DNA of 64,000 bases from Sarea resinae (lineage: Eukaryota), in NCBI GenBank assembly GCA_026026165.1, contig JAPEUD010000038.1:124001-188000 (forward strand), written 5' to 3'. This document shows, in pieces, positions 25,180 to 37,542 of the stretch; positions within the stretch are counted from its first letter, which is position 1; the number at the start of each line of letters is the position of its first letter. The notes below the pieces were generated by a model. The model saw nothing but the letters and a program-made list of their open reading frames with translations. It was not told the DNA's origin and made no database searches. Made by a program: the position numbers and the translations under genes.

Positions 25180-26098
25180 CCACGCCCGTGCGTCGTGATA
25201 GCCAAGGCACTTTGTCCACCGTCCATCTTGGGATCCATGGATTGCCGGGCGACTGTCGACTCACCCGTTTCCATGTTCCCATGCTGCTCTCTGCTCTCTG
25301 CTCTCTGTGCATCGTCGGTCTCCCTCCATTACCTCATGCGAACGCCCACCCGATCTGGCAGAACCTCACCGCCCTCCATCGGGCAGTGCACACTCAAGCA
25401 AGCACCTCAGGGCACCTTTGGGGAACACCTCGATCCGCCATGGCCATGAACGTCGTGGATCGCCATTCGCCGTTTGCCATTTGAGCCGGGACGAAGATGA
25501 TGCGCAGCTGCATGGCTGCATTTACTTCAGTATCGACCTCAGCTGCAGACGCAAACGCGAACGCGAGCTCCACGCTACCTCTCTACGTAGTCCGTCGTAA
25601 TCCAAGCGAGTACATAGTACCGTGGAAGCGAACTGACAGGTCAAATGGTGCGGATTCGACAACGTTAAAACGACGCCGACGACGAGCCCTAGAAGCCCTA
25701 GCATCACTTTCCGGAGTCTGTACATGCTTGGTTTCCTCATGGCACCTCTCGAGGTGGAAATCGTACGATGGCCTCTTGTGCCTTTCTTGTGTTTTGGCCT
25801 TCAGTGATCTCATCCATGATAGTATCTCATTACGGGATTGTCATATCTGGATCGGGTATGGCGTGGTCCACACTGGCCACGCACTATTCCGTAGAACATG
25901 CGTGGATGGAACCTAACAGCAACCTAACATCGATCCCTCAAGGCCACCGCATCCAACCCACAGCCTCGACTCCTAGTAGTCGATGGGTAAACGTCCGGGT
26001 CTATCGGGATCAATCAGGGTCCAGCTTGGCGCAACTGTCGCCGTTGTGTTACCTGACTCTCTCCTAGCCCTCCTCTAACTAAACCCTCCAGTGTCGGG

Positions 26099-27730
26099 AT
26101 GCCTCCAAGGCGATCGTACAAGAAAAGTACCAAGGGTTGCAATACATGCAAGCGGAGGCGGGTCAAGGTCAGTAAGCACACCAAGCACACCAAGCATCCC
26201 AAGCATCCCAAGCATCCCCTCCGCATCATACAGACCGTCCCCGGCCCCGTCCTCGACAACACCACCGGTGATGGAGCAAACAGCTGCATTACATACACGG
26301 ACGGAGAAATAACCAATGCCTCCAGTGCGATGAGGTCCGTCCTCAGTGCGGTCAGTGCCGCAAGCATGCCGTTCGCTGCGATTACGCCACGGCGACGTCG
26401 AGCACGCCGAGCACCTTGCGTGCGTCGAGCGCCTCGAGCGCCTCGAGCTCCCGCTCCGACTCGAACCCGCCACGCTCACGATCTTTGGCGACTCGCATCA
26501 AGTCCCCATCTCCTTCCTCGGGGGAGCGTAGTAGCTCTCCCGAAGAGCTCCGGCTGCAGCGAGGTCCATCGCCCATCTTGAGACCTACCGAACGCAGCTC
26601 TGCCCGAATATTGGACCTGCGTCTGATGCATCATGTCACGACCATGATAGACCGAACAACGCAAGTCTCCTCCACTTCCCATCTTCTTGAGGAACTCTCA
26701 ACTGACTCGCGATACGTCTCACTACAGAACGACGATAGACTCGCCTACCCTTGCCTCAATCTGGTCACTCCGCGTGCCATCGCTCGCCCTACAGTCCCCA
26801 GCCGACTCTCCCCTTCTCGACATGCTCCTCTCCTGCTCGGCGACCCATATTCTGCTCTCCAGCCCCTACGACCGCCCCGCCATCTGGGCCTCGTCCCACT
26901 ACTTTGATCTCGGCCTCCGAAAATGCACGGCAATGTTGTCGGAAAATGTCAACTCCGACAACGCCCGTCAACTGTTCATCTCAAGCATCTTAATTGCCTT
27001 GCATACGCTGCTTTCCCGGAGAGACATCGATATGAAGTCCGGCTATGTGGTGCCGAGTGCATGGTTCCGAGCGTTGAGGGGGGTGAAGGCCGTGGTCGAT
27101 GCGGCGGGGGTTTGGCTCCAGAGATCGGACATGGGACCCATGGTTCCGAAAGAGAGGGAAGTGGAAGAGGTCAAGTCGATACTCCAATCGCCGTCAAGAA
27201 TCAAGACCGAAGATGGCATCGAAGAGGACGAGGACGAGGACGAGAGCGATGAAGACGAAGTCGAAGACGAAAAAGAAGAAGGAGATAGTGACGCTGATGA
27301 AGCAGAGGAGGGTGGGGAAGCAGAAGAATCGTCCCCATTTCCCGCCCTCTACGCCGCCCTCTCACCAAACTCCCCTCCAACCCCTAAAACAGTATACACG
27401 GTCCCCATGGACCTCCTCTCGACAGTCTACACATTGCTCCTGCCGCCCCGACCCCCAACGCATATTCTACGACGTAAACTCCTAGGTTTCCCGGCATCGC
27501 TTTCGCCGGAATTCCTAACGCTTCTCGATAGCCATGACGCAGGCACTCTGGTAGTAGTATCGTACTTCTTCGGGTTACTCGCACTCGTAGACGATGTCTG
27601 GTGGCTGCAGGGCGCACCCGAAGCCGAACTTCAGGGCTTGTTGACCGTGGTCCCCCAGGAGTGGCAATGGGCTATGGAGTGGCCGATGAAGCAGATTGCA
27701 TCACGTATTCCCATGCCCATTGATGATTGA
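26099..27730 (+). CDS. Zn(II)2Cys6 transcription factor, Upc2/Ecm22-like, about 468 aa
   Basis: Exons 26099-26167, 26326-26660, 26728-27730 (1407 nt). Zn cluster GCNTCKRRRVK|CDEVRPQCGQCRKHAVRC. C-terminal motifs LDLRLMHH, WFRALRGV, FPASLSPEFLTLL, VWWLQG and WQWAMEWP. Confidence 0.88.
26174..26218. repeat. 9-bp tandem repeat (AAGCACACC)2(AAGCATCCC)3 in intron 1 of the transcription factor
   Basis: Read directly from the sequence. Confidence 0.9.
26661..26727 (+). other. Non-canonical GC-AG intron (67 nt)
   Basis: Donor ac|GCAAGT, branch ACTGAC at 26701, acceptor TACAG|a. It joins ORF 26416 to ORF 26687 in phase 2. Confidence 0.8.
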
Positions 27731-29186
27731 TGGGTCTTTGTTTGTTTCTCAAAGCTAAGACGAGAGAGAGAGAGAGCACGCGTTATGACGGCGCTTGCTT
27801 ATCCTACGCCAATGGCCAAAAGTCGACTGGCAGGCTCCAGACGTACTTTTTACTTGCTCGCAACGAACCCGTCTCGACACTGCGAGCTGGGCCGTACAGT
27901 CCATAGCTCGGAATTTCCGCCGAACAAGAACCGCACGCCTGAGGGCTGGCTGGCTTGGACCTTCTCCGGAAGGTCCATCTTCTCTTGATTCAAACACATG
28001 CTCTTGTCAGAAGAAAAGACGCAATGGCGACAGAGAAACGGTACAGACTATCAATGGTATCGCGTGTCGAGATGGGTTTGAATCCGATCTGACTCGGCGT
28101 CCAATTTCTAGGCCGTGTCCCGAGACACTGCCATGGTATACTCACACATCTCCAAAATCACGATGCATGAAAATCTCCCAAGAACGCGCCCTATCGTGTA
28201 TCTCGTGCGTACGTCGCAGACGAGCAAACGGCATGTCTATTTCGTGCAAACAGTGTCTGGGATTCCGAGCGAGTGAGATTCCGAGCGAGGGACGGGGCAA
28301 TGATTCTCGAAATTCAATCTAATCCCCTATTGACGATGTCATGTAACAGCAAATCCCGGCATCGAAAGCAGATTTCCTCCCAGCAAAGGAAACAGCTTTT
28401 CGGTAGTCGGTCGGGCTCTCTTGGAGTGTGCTGCAATGTTGTCGACTCTCTCTCTCTCTTATGTCCTCTCCAGGAAGGACAATACCAAAACCTCGCCAAC
28501 CCATCATAAGTCGAACCGGCGGGCCGGAAAAAGTTATTCCTCGAGTACTGTGTTCCTAGATTTTCATCCATCTAGTCACTGTTCTTGATTTTTTTTAGAC
28601 AGAGGTAGAGATGTATATATCTATATCTATATATATACATGCATATATCAATATCCCGATAGACGTATCCCGGACCCAATACAACCAACAAGCATGCCTT
28701 TTTCTTCTCTGCCTTTTCTTTTCTTTTCCCCCCTATCTTTTTTGCTTTACTCTAGTGATTTTGTTTCTCCTGTCTGTTGGCTAGCTTACTAGCTCGGGAA
28801 GTTTTTGCCTCTGTGTGGATGAGGTTGGGTGGGGTTTCCCTGGGCGGATACATGATTTTGTGCTAGGAGGTGAGTTGGTGAGTAGGTGAGTAGATAGGTA
28901 GACAGGGTGGCAGGTAGACACTCATGTCAGCATCTAAGCCACTTCACAAGTAAATTCACCCCGGGAATCATTTCCATATCTTCTCAACTGAGGTGGTTTG
29001 TTCTTCTCAACCAGAGAGGTATAACAGAGGTGAAACAGAGGTAAAGAGGTGTATATACACAAATCCCCCTATTTTTCCTTGTCACCCTCACTCTCTCCGT
29101 CTACTAGTCATCCTCCCTCTGAGAATCACCCTCGTCCGAGCTCACAGCTCACAGCTCACAGCTCAGGCCCCCTTTACGTCACTCAC

Positions 29187-31964
29187 TCATTCCTCGTCCG
29201 AGTCAACGGCAAACATGTCCTCGGCCTTAGGTCGATGTCGTGTCTGACGAGGAGCGCCATCGTCTGTCTCAAGGATCGTTGGCACACGTGGCGCAGACGT
29301 GGTGGTCGCGTTGCCGTTGCCGTCAATCGCTTCGGTCTGCTCGTTCGAGCGCCTGCTTTCGTCGTTGGACGTTGACGAGTCCTCGTCTTCGGGCACGCGT
29401 GGTTTGAGAGCATCTGGGTCACCTCCCCGCCTGCCAGCCTCCGCCTCGGCATCGTCCTCTTCTTCCGACGACGAAAGCATAGGTTCGCCATCCAGATCCT
29501 CGTCGTAATCATCGTCGTCGAGAAGCATCGGTTCGCCATCGACGTCCTCTACCGCAGAAACATCCTCGTCGCCCTCCCGCGGCTTCCCCTTCCCCTTGCC
29601 ATTCTCTTCCACCGCACCGGCAGCAGGACTACCAGAGACCTCCCTCGCCACATCCACGCTCTTCCACTTATTCCTGGCACCCGACACGCCCGCTAACAAC
29701 GACGACGAAGCTTTGGCCTCTTTCTCCGCCGCCGCCGCTACCGCGGCCTCGTCGCTTGCCGAGGCGGGGGGATTCGCAAACATGCCGGCGAAATGCTCCT
29801 GTGCCGCCTGCGGGAAGACGCACCAGCCTTCCCACAACGTCAGCACGGCGCCGACGCTGCGCCGCCATTTCTCGGCCCGCAGACGGCCCCACGAGAGATC
29901 TTTCTCGAGCCGGCCGAGCGACTCGAAGATGTGCCGGTCGTGGAGCGCGGTTTCGAAGAGCTGCCGGTAGCGCCATGCGTGTCGGACGCCTGACGTCGAC
30001 GACGAAGACAGGATGTCGGAGATGAGATAGAGCGCGATTAGTTTGGCGGACGAGCTATCGACCTTTTCCTTCTCCCTGGCAGCTTTCTCTTTATCTTTCC
30101 CCTTGCCCTGCGCTTCCGTAACCTCGGCAGCATTCGCAGCAGCACGTGCTTCATCGTCGTTATTCTCGTTGCTATTGTTGTAGTAGTTATCCTTGATTTT
30201 CTCCTTCTCGTCTGCTTCCTTTTCGCGGTCGGCACGCCGGTCCGGGTTCGCCCTTCGATACGCAAACGGCTGCTCGATGTTCGAGACGATCAGATCGACG
30301 ACCTCGTCCGCGCCTTCGCCGGCATGCTCGATGGCGAATGCAGTCACGCGCGCCACGTCTCCTTTTCTCAGCTTGGCCGTCGTCGTCGGCAATCGAGCGA
30401 GCAGATGGGTCAATTTTGATTTCTGGAGCGGGGCAAGGTAGCGGGGCTTGCCGTCTACTTCGTCACCGCTGGCCCCGAGGAGGTCCGGAGGAGGCGCTCC
30501 GCCATGGTGATGGTGATGTCGTCGACGGCCCTCGTCGCCAGAGTCCTCGTCTTCCGACGACTCGTATTCCGGGTCGGAGACAAACTCCTCGAGATGCGTG
30601 ATATATTCGAAACGAAGCCCCCTTTCCGGCGCCGACCACGAGGCAGCTCCGTCAAAGAGACGATGGTGTTTTACTTCCGGAAACCGACTGCGGCGGTCTT
30701 TTTCTGAGCCCTGTAGAGCACCGGTCAGGATCTCCCATAGCCGCCATCTGTACCAAACCCCCCCTGTACTTCGGGGATCCCACAGCCAAGCCCACTTCTC
30801 GTCACGTTGCACGTCCACTCGGCTCATGAGCAAAGCTTCAAACTCTGGCCCGTGCGTAAGAAGAGCTTCTAAGGTCTTGTGGATCAATTTCAACTGCCGC
30901 AGGTCCGATGGCGGCTTTACGGGAACTTCGATGACAGGACCCCGCCCATACTGTCCCGGCCCCGTGGGGTTATAGGATGAGGGGGGAGCAAATCCGCCTC
31001 GGTGCGGTCCGGGAGGTGGTGCACGATTGAGAGGACCCGATGGGCCTGTATGCAGGGGTCGCGCGCCAAATGGAAGAGAGGAAAGGTGAGAGCCCAATGC
31101 GGTTATGGGCGCACCGCTTCCAAGAGCGGCAGATGAAAGGTGTCGTGAGAGTGATAGATAGAAACCCCAGCCCAGGTAGCGATTCTGTAGTCGATTGACA
31201 GTAGAGTCGATATCGTTCGCGGCAGTATCCTGCGCCAGCGTGACGATGGCAGACAGAGACCGCCGATCCGTAGACCCCTGTCCTGTCGGCGAGAGCATGC
31301 GAACAGCATCGACCGTCAACGTGGACGGAAACAACGACTTGACCACCGCTGGCGAAGTTGCAGGCGGCAGGGACGAAAGATGAAGGGTCGGCTTCGGCGC
31401 AGCGCGTTCGGCCGCATCATCGTCGGCCAGCTTCTCGTCTTCGTCGTCCGAGGTCTGGAATGCAGCGACCTTGTCCGGTGGCCCAGCTGCAGAGTTCTCG
31501 AACGCAAACAAGCCTTGGTTTCCATCCCTATGCTGCTGCTGATGCTGTTGCTGCTGTGATCCGTCTCGACCTCTTTTCCGTGACAAGGACGGCGGAGGCG
31601 GTCCGAGGCTCCCCGGTCCGCTGCTCCCTCTGAACCCGCCAAGTCCGCCGCCTCTCCCTCCCGCAGGTCCAGCCGGAGGGGCAGCGAAATGCCGTTTCGG
31701 CGGTCCTGCGAAGCCACCATCCCCGCCCGAGAAGCCCCCTCTCCCTCCCCCTCGGCCTCCAGCTACAGACGCCGATGAGAGCGAGGCCTCGTTGTCCTCG
31801 AACGACTTGACAAAGTCCGCATAGACGGCGGCGGTCTCGGCCTCCTCGCGCAACCGCTTGGCTTCGGCTTCGGCTTTCTGGCGCTCGAACAGCGATTTCT
31901 TGGTCGGCGCGCCGAGCTTCGAATGAATGTCAGGAAATTCTTTGATCTTGGAGTCGTCGGACAT
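29187..31964 (-). CDS. U2 snRNP-associated SURP-motif protein (SR140/U2SURP-like), 925 aa
   Basis: Single long ORF. N-terminal KKSLFERQKAEAEAKR...AAVYADFVKSF, SURP-like IHKTLEALLTHGPEFEALLM...WYRWRLW, and CID-like KLIALYLISDIL...AWRYRQLFE...VLTLWEGWCVF. Confidence 0.85.
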   Translation of the reverse strand: MSDDSKIKEFPDIHSKLGAPTKKSLFERQKAEAEAKRLREEAETAAVYADFVKSFEDNEASLSSASVAGGRGGGRGGFSGGDGGFAGPPKRHFAAPPAGPAGGRGGGLGGFRGSSGPGSLGPPPPSLSRKRGRDGSQQQQHQQQHRDGNQGLFAFENSAAGPPDKVAAFQTSDDEDEKLADDDAAERAAPKPTLHLSSLPPATSPAVVKSLFPSTLTVDAVRMLSPTGQGSTDRRSLSAIVTLAQDTAANDIDSTVNRLQNRYLGWGFYLSLSRHLSSAALGSGAPITALGSHLSSLPFGARPLHTGPSGPLNRAPPPGPHRGGFAPPSSYNPTGPGQYGRGPVIEVPVKPPSDLRQLKLIHKTLEALLTHGPEFEALLMSRVDVQRDEKWAWLWDPRSTGGVWYRWRLWEILTGALQGSEKDRRSRFPEVKHHRLFDGAASWSAPERGLRFEYITHLEEFVSDPEYESSEDEDSGDEGRRRHHHHHGGAPPPDLLGASGDEVDGKPRYLAPLQKSKLTHLLARLPTTTAKLRKGDVARVTAFAIEHAGEGADEVVDLIVSNIEQPFAYRRANPDRRADREKEADEKEKIKDNYYNNSNENNDDEARAAANAAEVTEAQGKGKDKEKAAREKEKVDSSSAKLIALYLISDILSSSSTSGVRHAWRYRQLFETALHDRHIFESLGRLEKDLSWGRLRAEKWRRSVGAVLTLWEGWCVFPQAAQEHFAGMFANPPASASDEAAVAAAAEKEAKASSSLLAGVSGARNKWKSVDVAREVSGSPAAGAVEENGKGKGKPREGDEDVSAVEDVDGEPMLLDDDDYDEDLDGEPMLSSSEEEDDAEAEAGRRGGDPDALKPRVPEDEDSSTSNDESRRSNEQTEAIDGNGNATTTSAPRVPTILETDDGAPRQTRHRPKAEDMFAVDSDEE

Positions 31965-32225
31965 GACGGTCGTTTGACGGAGGAGGGGACGTTTCTTGCT
32001 ACAGAGGAGAGGGAGGTTGTTGATGATGAAGTTCGCGATCTGCTTACATAGTAAGAGGGCTGTACCTAGCTCGGATCTTCCCGCAGCTGTCGATCACGTC
32101 GATACCTATCGATAAGGGCTCAGGGCCTCACTCAACACTCAGAACATTGATCTCCTTCTCGCTCTCTCAGTTCCTCACATCTATGTAGTTCTACACTTCT
32201 CATCCAAGACTAGGGTGATATCACC

Positions 32226-33510
32226 ATGACAACGGCCACAGACATACAAACATTCCTACGTTTCCTCTCCCAAGATGCCAAGATCCCGCTGGCGACGGCG
32301 ATATCCAAGATGCCGGAGCTCCAAAAGGCCAGCCTGACGAGGTAAGCATGCAAGCAAGCAAGCACAGAGCCACCGACAAGAGCTTACGGAACCCCACAGT
32401 CCCCTCGCCATCGCGCAAAGCCCCGCTTCGGCCATCTCAGCCATCTTCCCAGACGCCAAACAGAGCAAAACGCTCATCAACGCCGCCAAGCGGACGACCA
32501 AGGCGTCGACGTCGACCGCAGGCAAAAAGCGCCCCTCTGCCTTCACCTCGACGTCCAGCACCTCCCACACAACCAAGAGACAGAAAATCGCCCTGACCCT
32601 GCCCCCACTCACGACAGATGAATCCCTCCTCGCGACCACGGTCATCTATACCAACCGGGCGCCCCTCCTCCTCGCCTTTGCGCTGACGACGCTGAACTAC
32701 ACGCTCCCGGAGCAGCCGCTGTCGAGCCGGCTCAGCCTCTCCCAAGCAATGGTCTCGACGGGAGCCAAAAGCAGGGCCATCTCGCTGGGCATCGACCACG
32801 GCAGCACAGCCGAAGACGAGGGGTGGGGTGCGGGCCAACCTGTAGTGAGGGTGATGGGCAGGGATGTGAGAGTGCTGAAGAGGCTAGTCTATGAGGACGA
32901 GGAAGAAGAGGATGGGGGTGAGCTACGTGCGGGAGGAGAGCGTGAGGGCGATGAGACGAACAAAGACAAAGAGCCAACTCTCGCATACTGGGGCCTCGAT
33001 CTCGAAGCCCTGCGTCGCACATCCACAGCATCTGCGCCCACCGGCACAATCACAGACCTCCCGATCCACACACCGCAGTCCGCACTCTCATACCTCCTGA
33101 AATCCTTCTCCTCTCCTCCTAGTCCCTCCCCTTCCACCCCTTCCACCTCTCTTCCCACGTCCATCAAACCCACACCCACTGACCCCGACCTCCCCAGAGG
33201 GCCCCCGCCTCAAGCACCACCCGCCACCTCCCCGACACCCACATCTTCAAATTCAGAGCCCCCTCCTCCCACCACCACCCCCAAACCCACCCCTCCCGCC
33301 CAAAGAAGCGAAAACCTCTCCCTCGTGCTCAGCGCCCTCGACCTCCTCTTCGCCTCCTGGTCCCCCCGCCTCTCGAGCGCGGACCTCGACGCGCGCGCCT
33401 GGACCTGGTACGCGGCGGTGCGGCCAAGTGTCGCGGATGGCGCGGCCGGGTGGGGAGGCAGGGGGCCGGTGGATTTGCGGAGGGTGTTGGCGTTGCGGTG
33501 GGGTGGGTAG
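32226..33510 (+). CDS. Fungal hypothetical protein, about 408 aa
   Basis: Exons 32226-32341 and 32400-33510 (1227 nt), intron GTAAGC...CAG. Blocks FLRFLSQDAKIPLATA, TNRAPLLLAFA, EQPLSSRLSLSQA, EGWGAGQPVVRVMGR and AWTWYAAVRPSV...GWGGRG. Confidence 0.82.
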
Positions 33511-33554
33511 GTTGGGGTGTAGGTGGAGGTGTAGGTGGAGGTGTGGTCGAGATA

Positions 33555-34787
33555 TAAGATACCAGGAGCTAAGATACCAGGAGCTAAAGGGGGTAAAGGC
33601 GGTAAAGAGTGTCAACCACCCAAAATTGGTTGGGAATGATATCCGGGCGTTCGATCAAGATAGCAAGAAGAGGTATCGCAACAGAGAGACAGAAGACCTG
33701 TGTATGTCGGAGTATAAGTGTGCGAATAAAGATCAAAAAGAAAGAGATCCTTTATGTGCTATAAAAGATCCAGAACTTAGATAGCTACCTAGCTTGCTCC
33801 TGACCTTCTAGACCTTCTAGACCCCCTAGATCCTCTGGATATAACGGACCCTCTAGACCCTCTAGACCCTCTAGACCTAATGGATTCAATAGAATAAACC
33901 CTACACACTACACTACACCGCACTATCACAACGCTCAACCCAGCCTACAGGGGATCTGCAGGGGATGTACTATAGTAGGTTGGCTTACCTACACCCTACA
34001 CACCACAAACCCACAAATCCACAAACACACCAACCCATCCACCTATCCATCCATCCATCCATCCATCCATCCATCCATCCATCCATCCACCTATAAACCA
34101 ACTCAATTTTCTCGCCCTTGCCCCTTGCAAGTGAATCCCCTTTATCCCCTTCCCCCCATCCCCCTTCTCCCCCCCCCCTCTTCCTTCCTTACTCCTAGCC
34201 CCTAGCCCTAAAAAGAAAAAGAAAGAGGAAAGGCGTGCGAGATTGAAAACTTCCCTTGAGTCTTTGTGTCTTTGAGTCTTTGTATCTTTGAGTCTTTGAG
34301 TCTTTGTATCTTTGAGTCTTTGTATCTTTTGATCTCCTTTTTGTTTTTTCAGTTAGCAGGACGGGGGAGAAGAGGGCAAGAGGGGGTAAAGGGGAGGGGG
34401 GAAGTGGGGGAGGGGGGGAAAGAGCTCTATCAAGCATCATTGCTGTCACCAGCACTATCATCAGCACTTTTATCACCAGCACTATTATCATCACTATTAT
34501 CATCACTACTATCACCGTCACCATCACCATCATCATCATTCTCACCATCACCATCATCCTCATCATAACTATCACTACGATCACAACCAACCAAAGCCAA
34601 TCAATAAGAACAATAATACCATGACCTCGATCTAGAATTGCTAAATCTGCCATCTACCAAGCAGACACCAAGGACGAACCACACCGTAAGGTATTGCTCA
34701 TTTCATTGCTTTAGCGTCCGCCGTCCCCCCTCGTCCATTATGATCCATCTCGATCCGTCTGTCTCAAAAGAGAGAAAGAGAGAGAGA

Positions 34788-34832
<45 letters not shown>
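33555..34832. repeat. Cluster of simple repeats between convergent genes: 15-bp duplication, CTAGACCCT units, (CCAT)n, (TCTTTGxx)8 at 34261-34324, (ATC/ACC)n, (GA)21 at 34791-34832
   Basis: Read directly from the sequence. Confidence 0.9.
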
Positions 34833-34836
<4 letters not shown>

Positions 34837-35221
34837 GTGATAGCGATCTGGCGATAGACACATGGAATAGCCAAAATAGATTGTAGACACACACTGATAA
34901 GAAGCTAAGAGACATCCAGTAGATGGTGACGATGGCCAAGAACAGCGACGAGAGAACGCCACACACAGACCGACAGACCAGACCAGACCAGACGGTTAAG
35001 AAAAAAAAAAAGAAAACAAAAGTCGCCTCCCTTCGCTAAATGAGGCATGCAAAACCAGTCCCGTCGACCAAGCCGTCCCTGTTTAATCCTCTTGATCCCA
35101 ACCCGAATCCGAACCAGGCCCATGTCAAACTCAATCAATCAAATAATCACATAAACGCCAAAAGAACTAGAAACCCCATCTCTTCCCCACCAAGAGAGAA
35201 GAGGAGCGAAGAAACGAGGTT

Positions 35222-37542
35222 TTACGTGTTCAGCCATTGACAGAAACAGCTCTGATCAACGGCACTACGACGACGGCGGTCTCGCTTGAACAATCGGGAT
35301 TCGGTCACCATGTTCTGTTGTGACGGATCCGACTCCGAGATGTTGACCGTGACAGGCTGGCCGTTGGGCAGGGTATAGAGGCCAACAGCGCCATCGTCGA
35401 GCACTTGCATCTGCTGACAGTAGGGCTGAACGTCGCCGGACAGTCTCCGTTCTTCGATCTTTACGAGTTGAGGAAACACGGTGCTGGTCGGGGCGGAACT
35501 GGCTTGGCGCTTTTGGGGTTTGCTGGTAGACGTGATAGTGGCAGGGATACCGGATGCAGAGGATGATATAGACGTGGAGAAAGATGATGATAACGATCGT
35601 GATGCCGATGTTGATGCCGATGTAGTAGCGGTGACTACTGACGTTGCCGAAGAGGCTGCTACGCTAGAAGAAGCCGAGGTATTTGAGACGTCTTGAGAGA
35701 CATAGACAAAGCCTTCGAGGACGGTGCTGTTCCAGAAGCAGTACCACGGCTTATCTCCTGGGTGAGCATCTTGATTTCGGCGGTCGAAGCTGAATGAAGG
35801 TGGAGGGGGTGGAAAGCCTTCATCCCATTGCCTCTCCTTCATCTCCCCTGTGCTCTCAGTAGAACGCTTTGGGGTTGACGTGGATATCTCGCTTTCGTCG
35901 ACGATGACTAATTTATCATAGGTGGTCGAGAAGAAGTATGCCGGTCCACGGTTCGGATCATCTTTGTCCAAAACCACGCCCAGCCTCTGGGGTTGCGAGA
36001 TGAGTGGCGGCTGAGCTCCGTAGCTCACAACATTGTCGTTGGATTTTTCGGCATCAATGGTCAACATACTCGGCAAGTTGCCATTCGAAGACGTTATGTG
36101 TATCTGAAGAGTACTGTCCGAGAGAGAGCAGGACCAAGCATCGGACTGCTGAGAATTGGTCAAGCAGCCACTCGAGGATTCTTCAGGAATGGCAATGGGC
36201 AGCTCGAACGTGCCAGTAGCCAGTGCAGCGAGGCTAGAGGGAGTTGCAATAGCTGAAGCATCTACCGCCGTTACGGTGACCGTCGACGCTGCCGAGGTTG
36301 AGGTCGTGCTAGAGAGTGTGAGTTTGAGTAGAGACGGTAGACGATGATTGATACTCACGCATTACTGCTCGGAGGCGGCCCGTGCGAACCCGCACGATTG
36401 CGAGTGCGAGACACCAATCCGCCAACCAGACCTCCCGTCAATACACTCAGAAGCACCAGAACAATGACAATCAGCACAACTGCCCACAGAGGAACTTTTC
36501 TCCAGCATATCCGTCTTTTTCCCTTCTCTGTCAATTTTTCCTTGAAATTCCCCGTCCCATCCCCGTCTTCGCCCTCGGCGGCTTGGGCTTGAGAGGTATT
36601 CAACTCAGCATTGCTAGATCCTGATATGACGCTACCGGCTAATGGAGATTGTGGGCTGTTCAACGAGTCTTGAGAAACCCCTGGGGCATTCTGTGGAGGC
36701 ACATTCAAGTTCGGGGGCGCTTCTGGAACTTCCTTTGGGGGGATGACATCGGGATATCTCGTGTAGGGCGGTAATTGTTCCGTGTGTCCGTCTGGGCCAA
36801 TGATGTCTGCAGCTTCTTCCCCTTCTGGGCCTAATCTTCTCTGGTATTCCTGTCCAAGACCTGGAAAGCCGATGGGTATCTGTGGCGGAACAACAGCGGG
36901 CTCTCCCTCTTCCAATGTGTTTTGAGGATACATGCCATAAGGGTGGGCGGGTCCATTCGGGCCCTGAAACGAACGTTCTGGTGCGCGAATGGTCGAGGTG
37001 GTTGCGATACTCGGTGATCGGGCCATTCCAATCCCTTGCGGGTACATGGCATATGGATGGCTCGGGCCAGTGGCGCCTTGGTAGGGACTTTGTGTGCGGG
37101 GGATATTGAAACTTGAAGCGATACTCATCGGTCGAGGTGGTGGTACAGCCGGATGTGAAGCGGCCGCATTCGTGGCCACGCTCGACGGCTGGGGTGCGAT
37201 GAGGCTCCCGGTGGAACCGTCATGCTGCAAAGCAAAGGAGTCATGGCCGGCATGCCCTTTGGAGCTTTTCGACGGTCTTGGAGGTTTCTGGGGAGATTGA
37301 GGAGGACTTGTTGGTGAGAAAGACGTTCGTGCCGTCGCATTGTTGTCGGTTAGGTGTGACACGGGAGCCGAGGGGTTATCATCTTCGGTCATAGATCGTG
37401 GCATGAAACCGTCGGACACTTCGAGAGGCTCCAGAGCAAATTCGTCGGAAAAGACGTTCGGATTCGACAAGGGCGACGAAGGTCGTCGGCCATCGACCGA
37501 AGCCCACGAACCGCGGTCGGGATGATCGTGTTCTTCGAACAT
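35222..37542 (-). CDS. Single-pass membrane protein, about 756 aa: Pro-rich N-terminus with LPPY, one TM, Cys-containing C-terminal domain
   Basis: Exons 37542-36359 and 36308-35222 (2271 nt), 50-nt GTGAGT...TAG intron. GPDGHTEQLPPYTRYP, TM VPLWAVVLIVIVLVLLSVLTGGLVG, then AWSC, YDKLVIV, DKPWYCFWNSTVLEGFVY, VKIEERR and CFCQW. Confidence 0.85.

Noticed and set aside
24823..25449. 208-aa ORF with VHIVHI repeats
   Set aside because: The repeat is the 9-bp promoter minisatellite and the rest has no protein-like features.
33555..34832. Tandem repeats as a CRISPR array, telomere or transposon remnant
   Set aside because: Eukaryotic simple repeats with no spacers, no TTAGGG array, no TIR/LTR and no transposase fragments.
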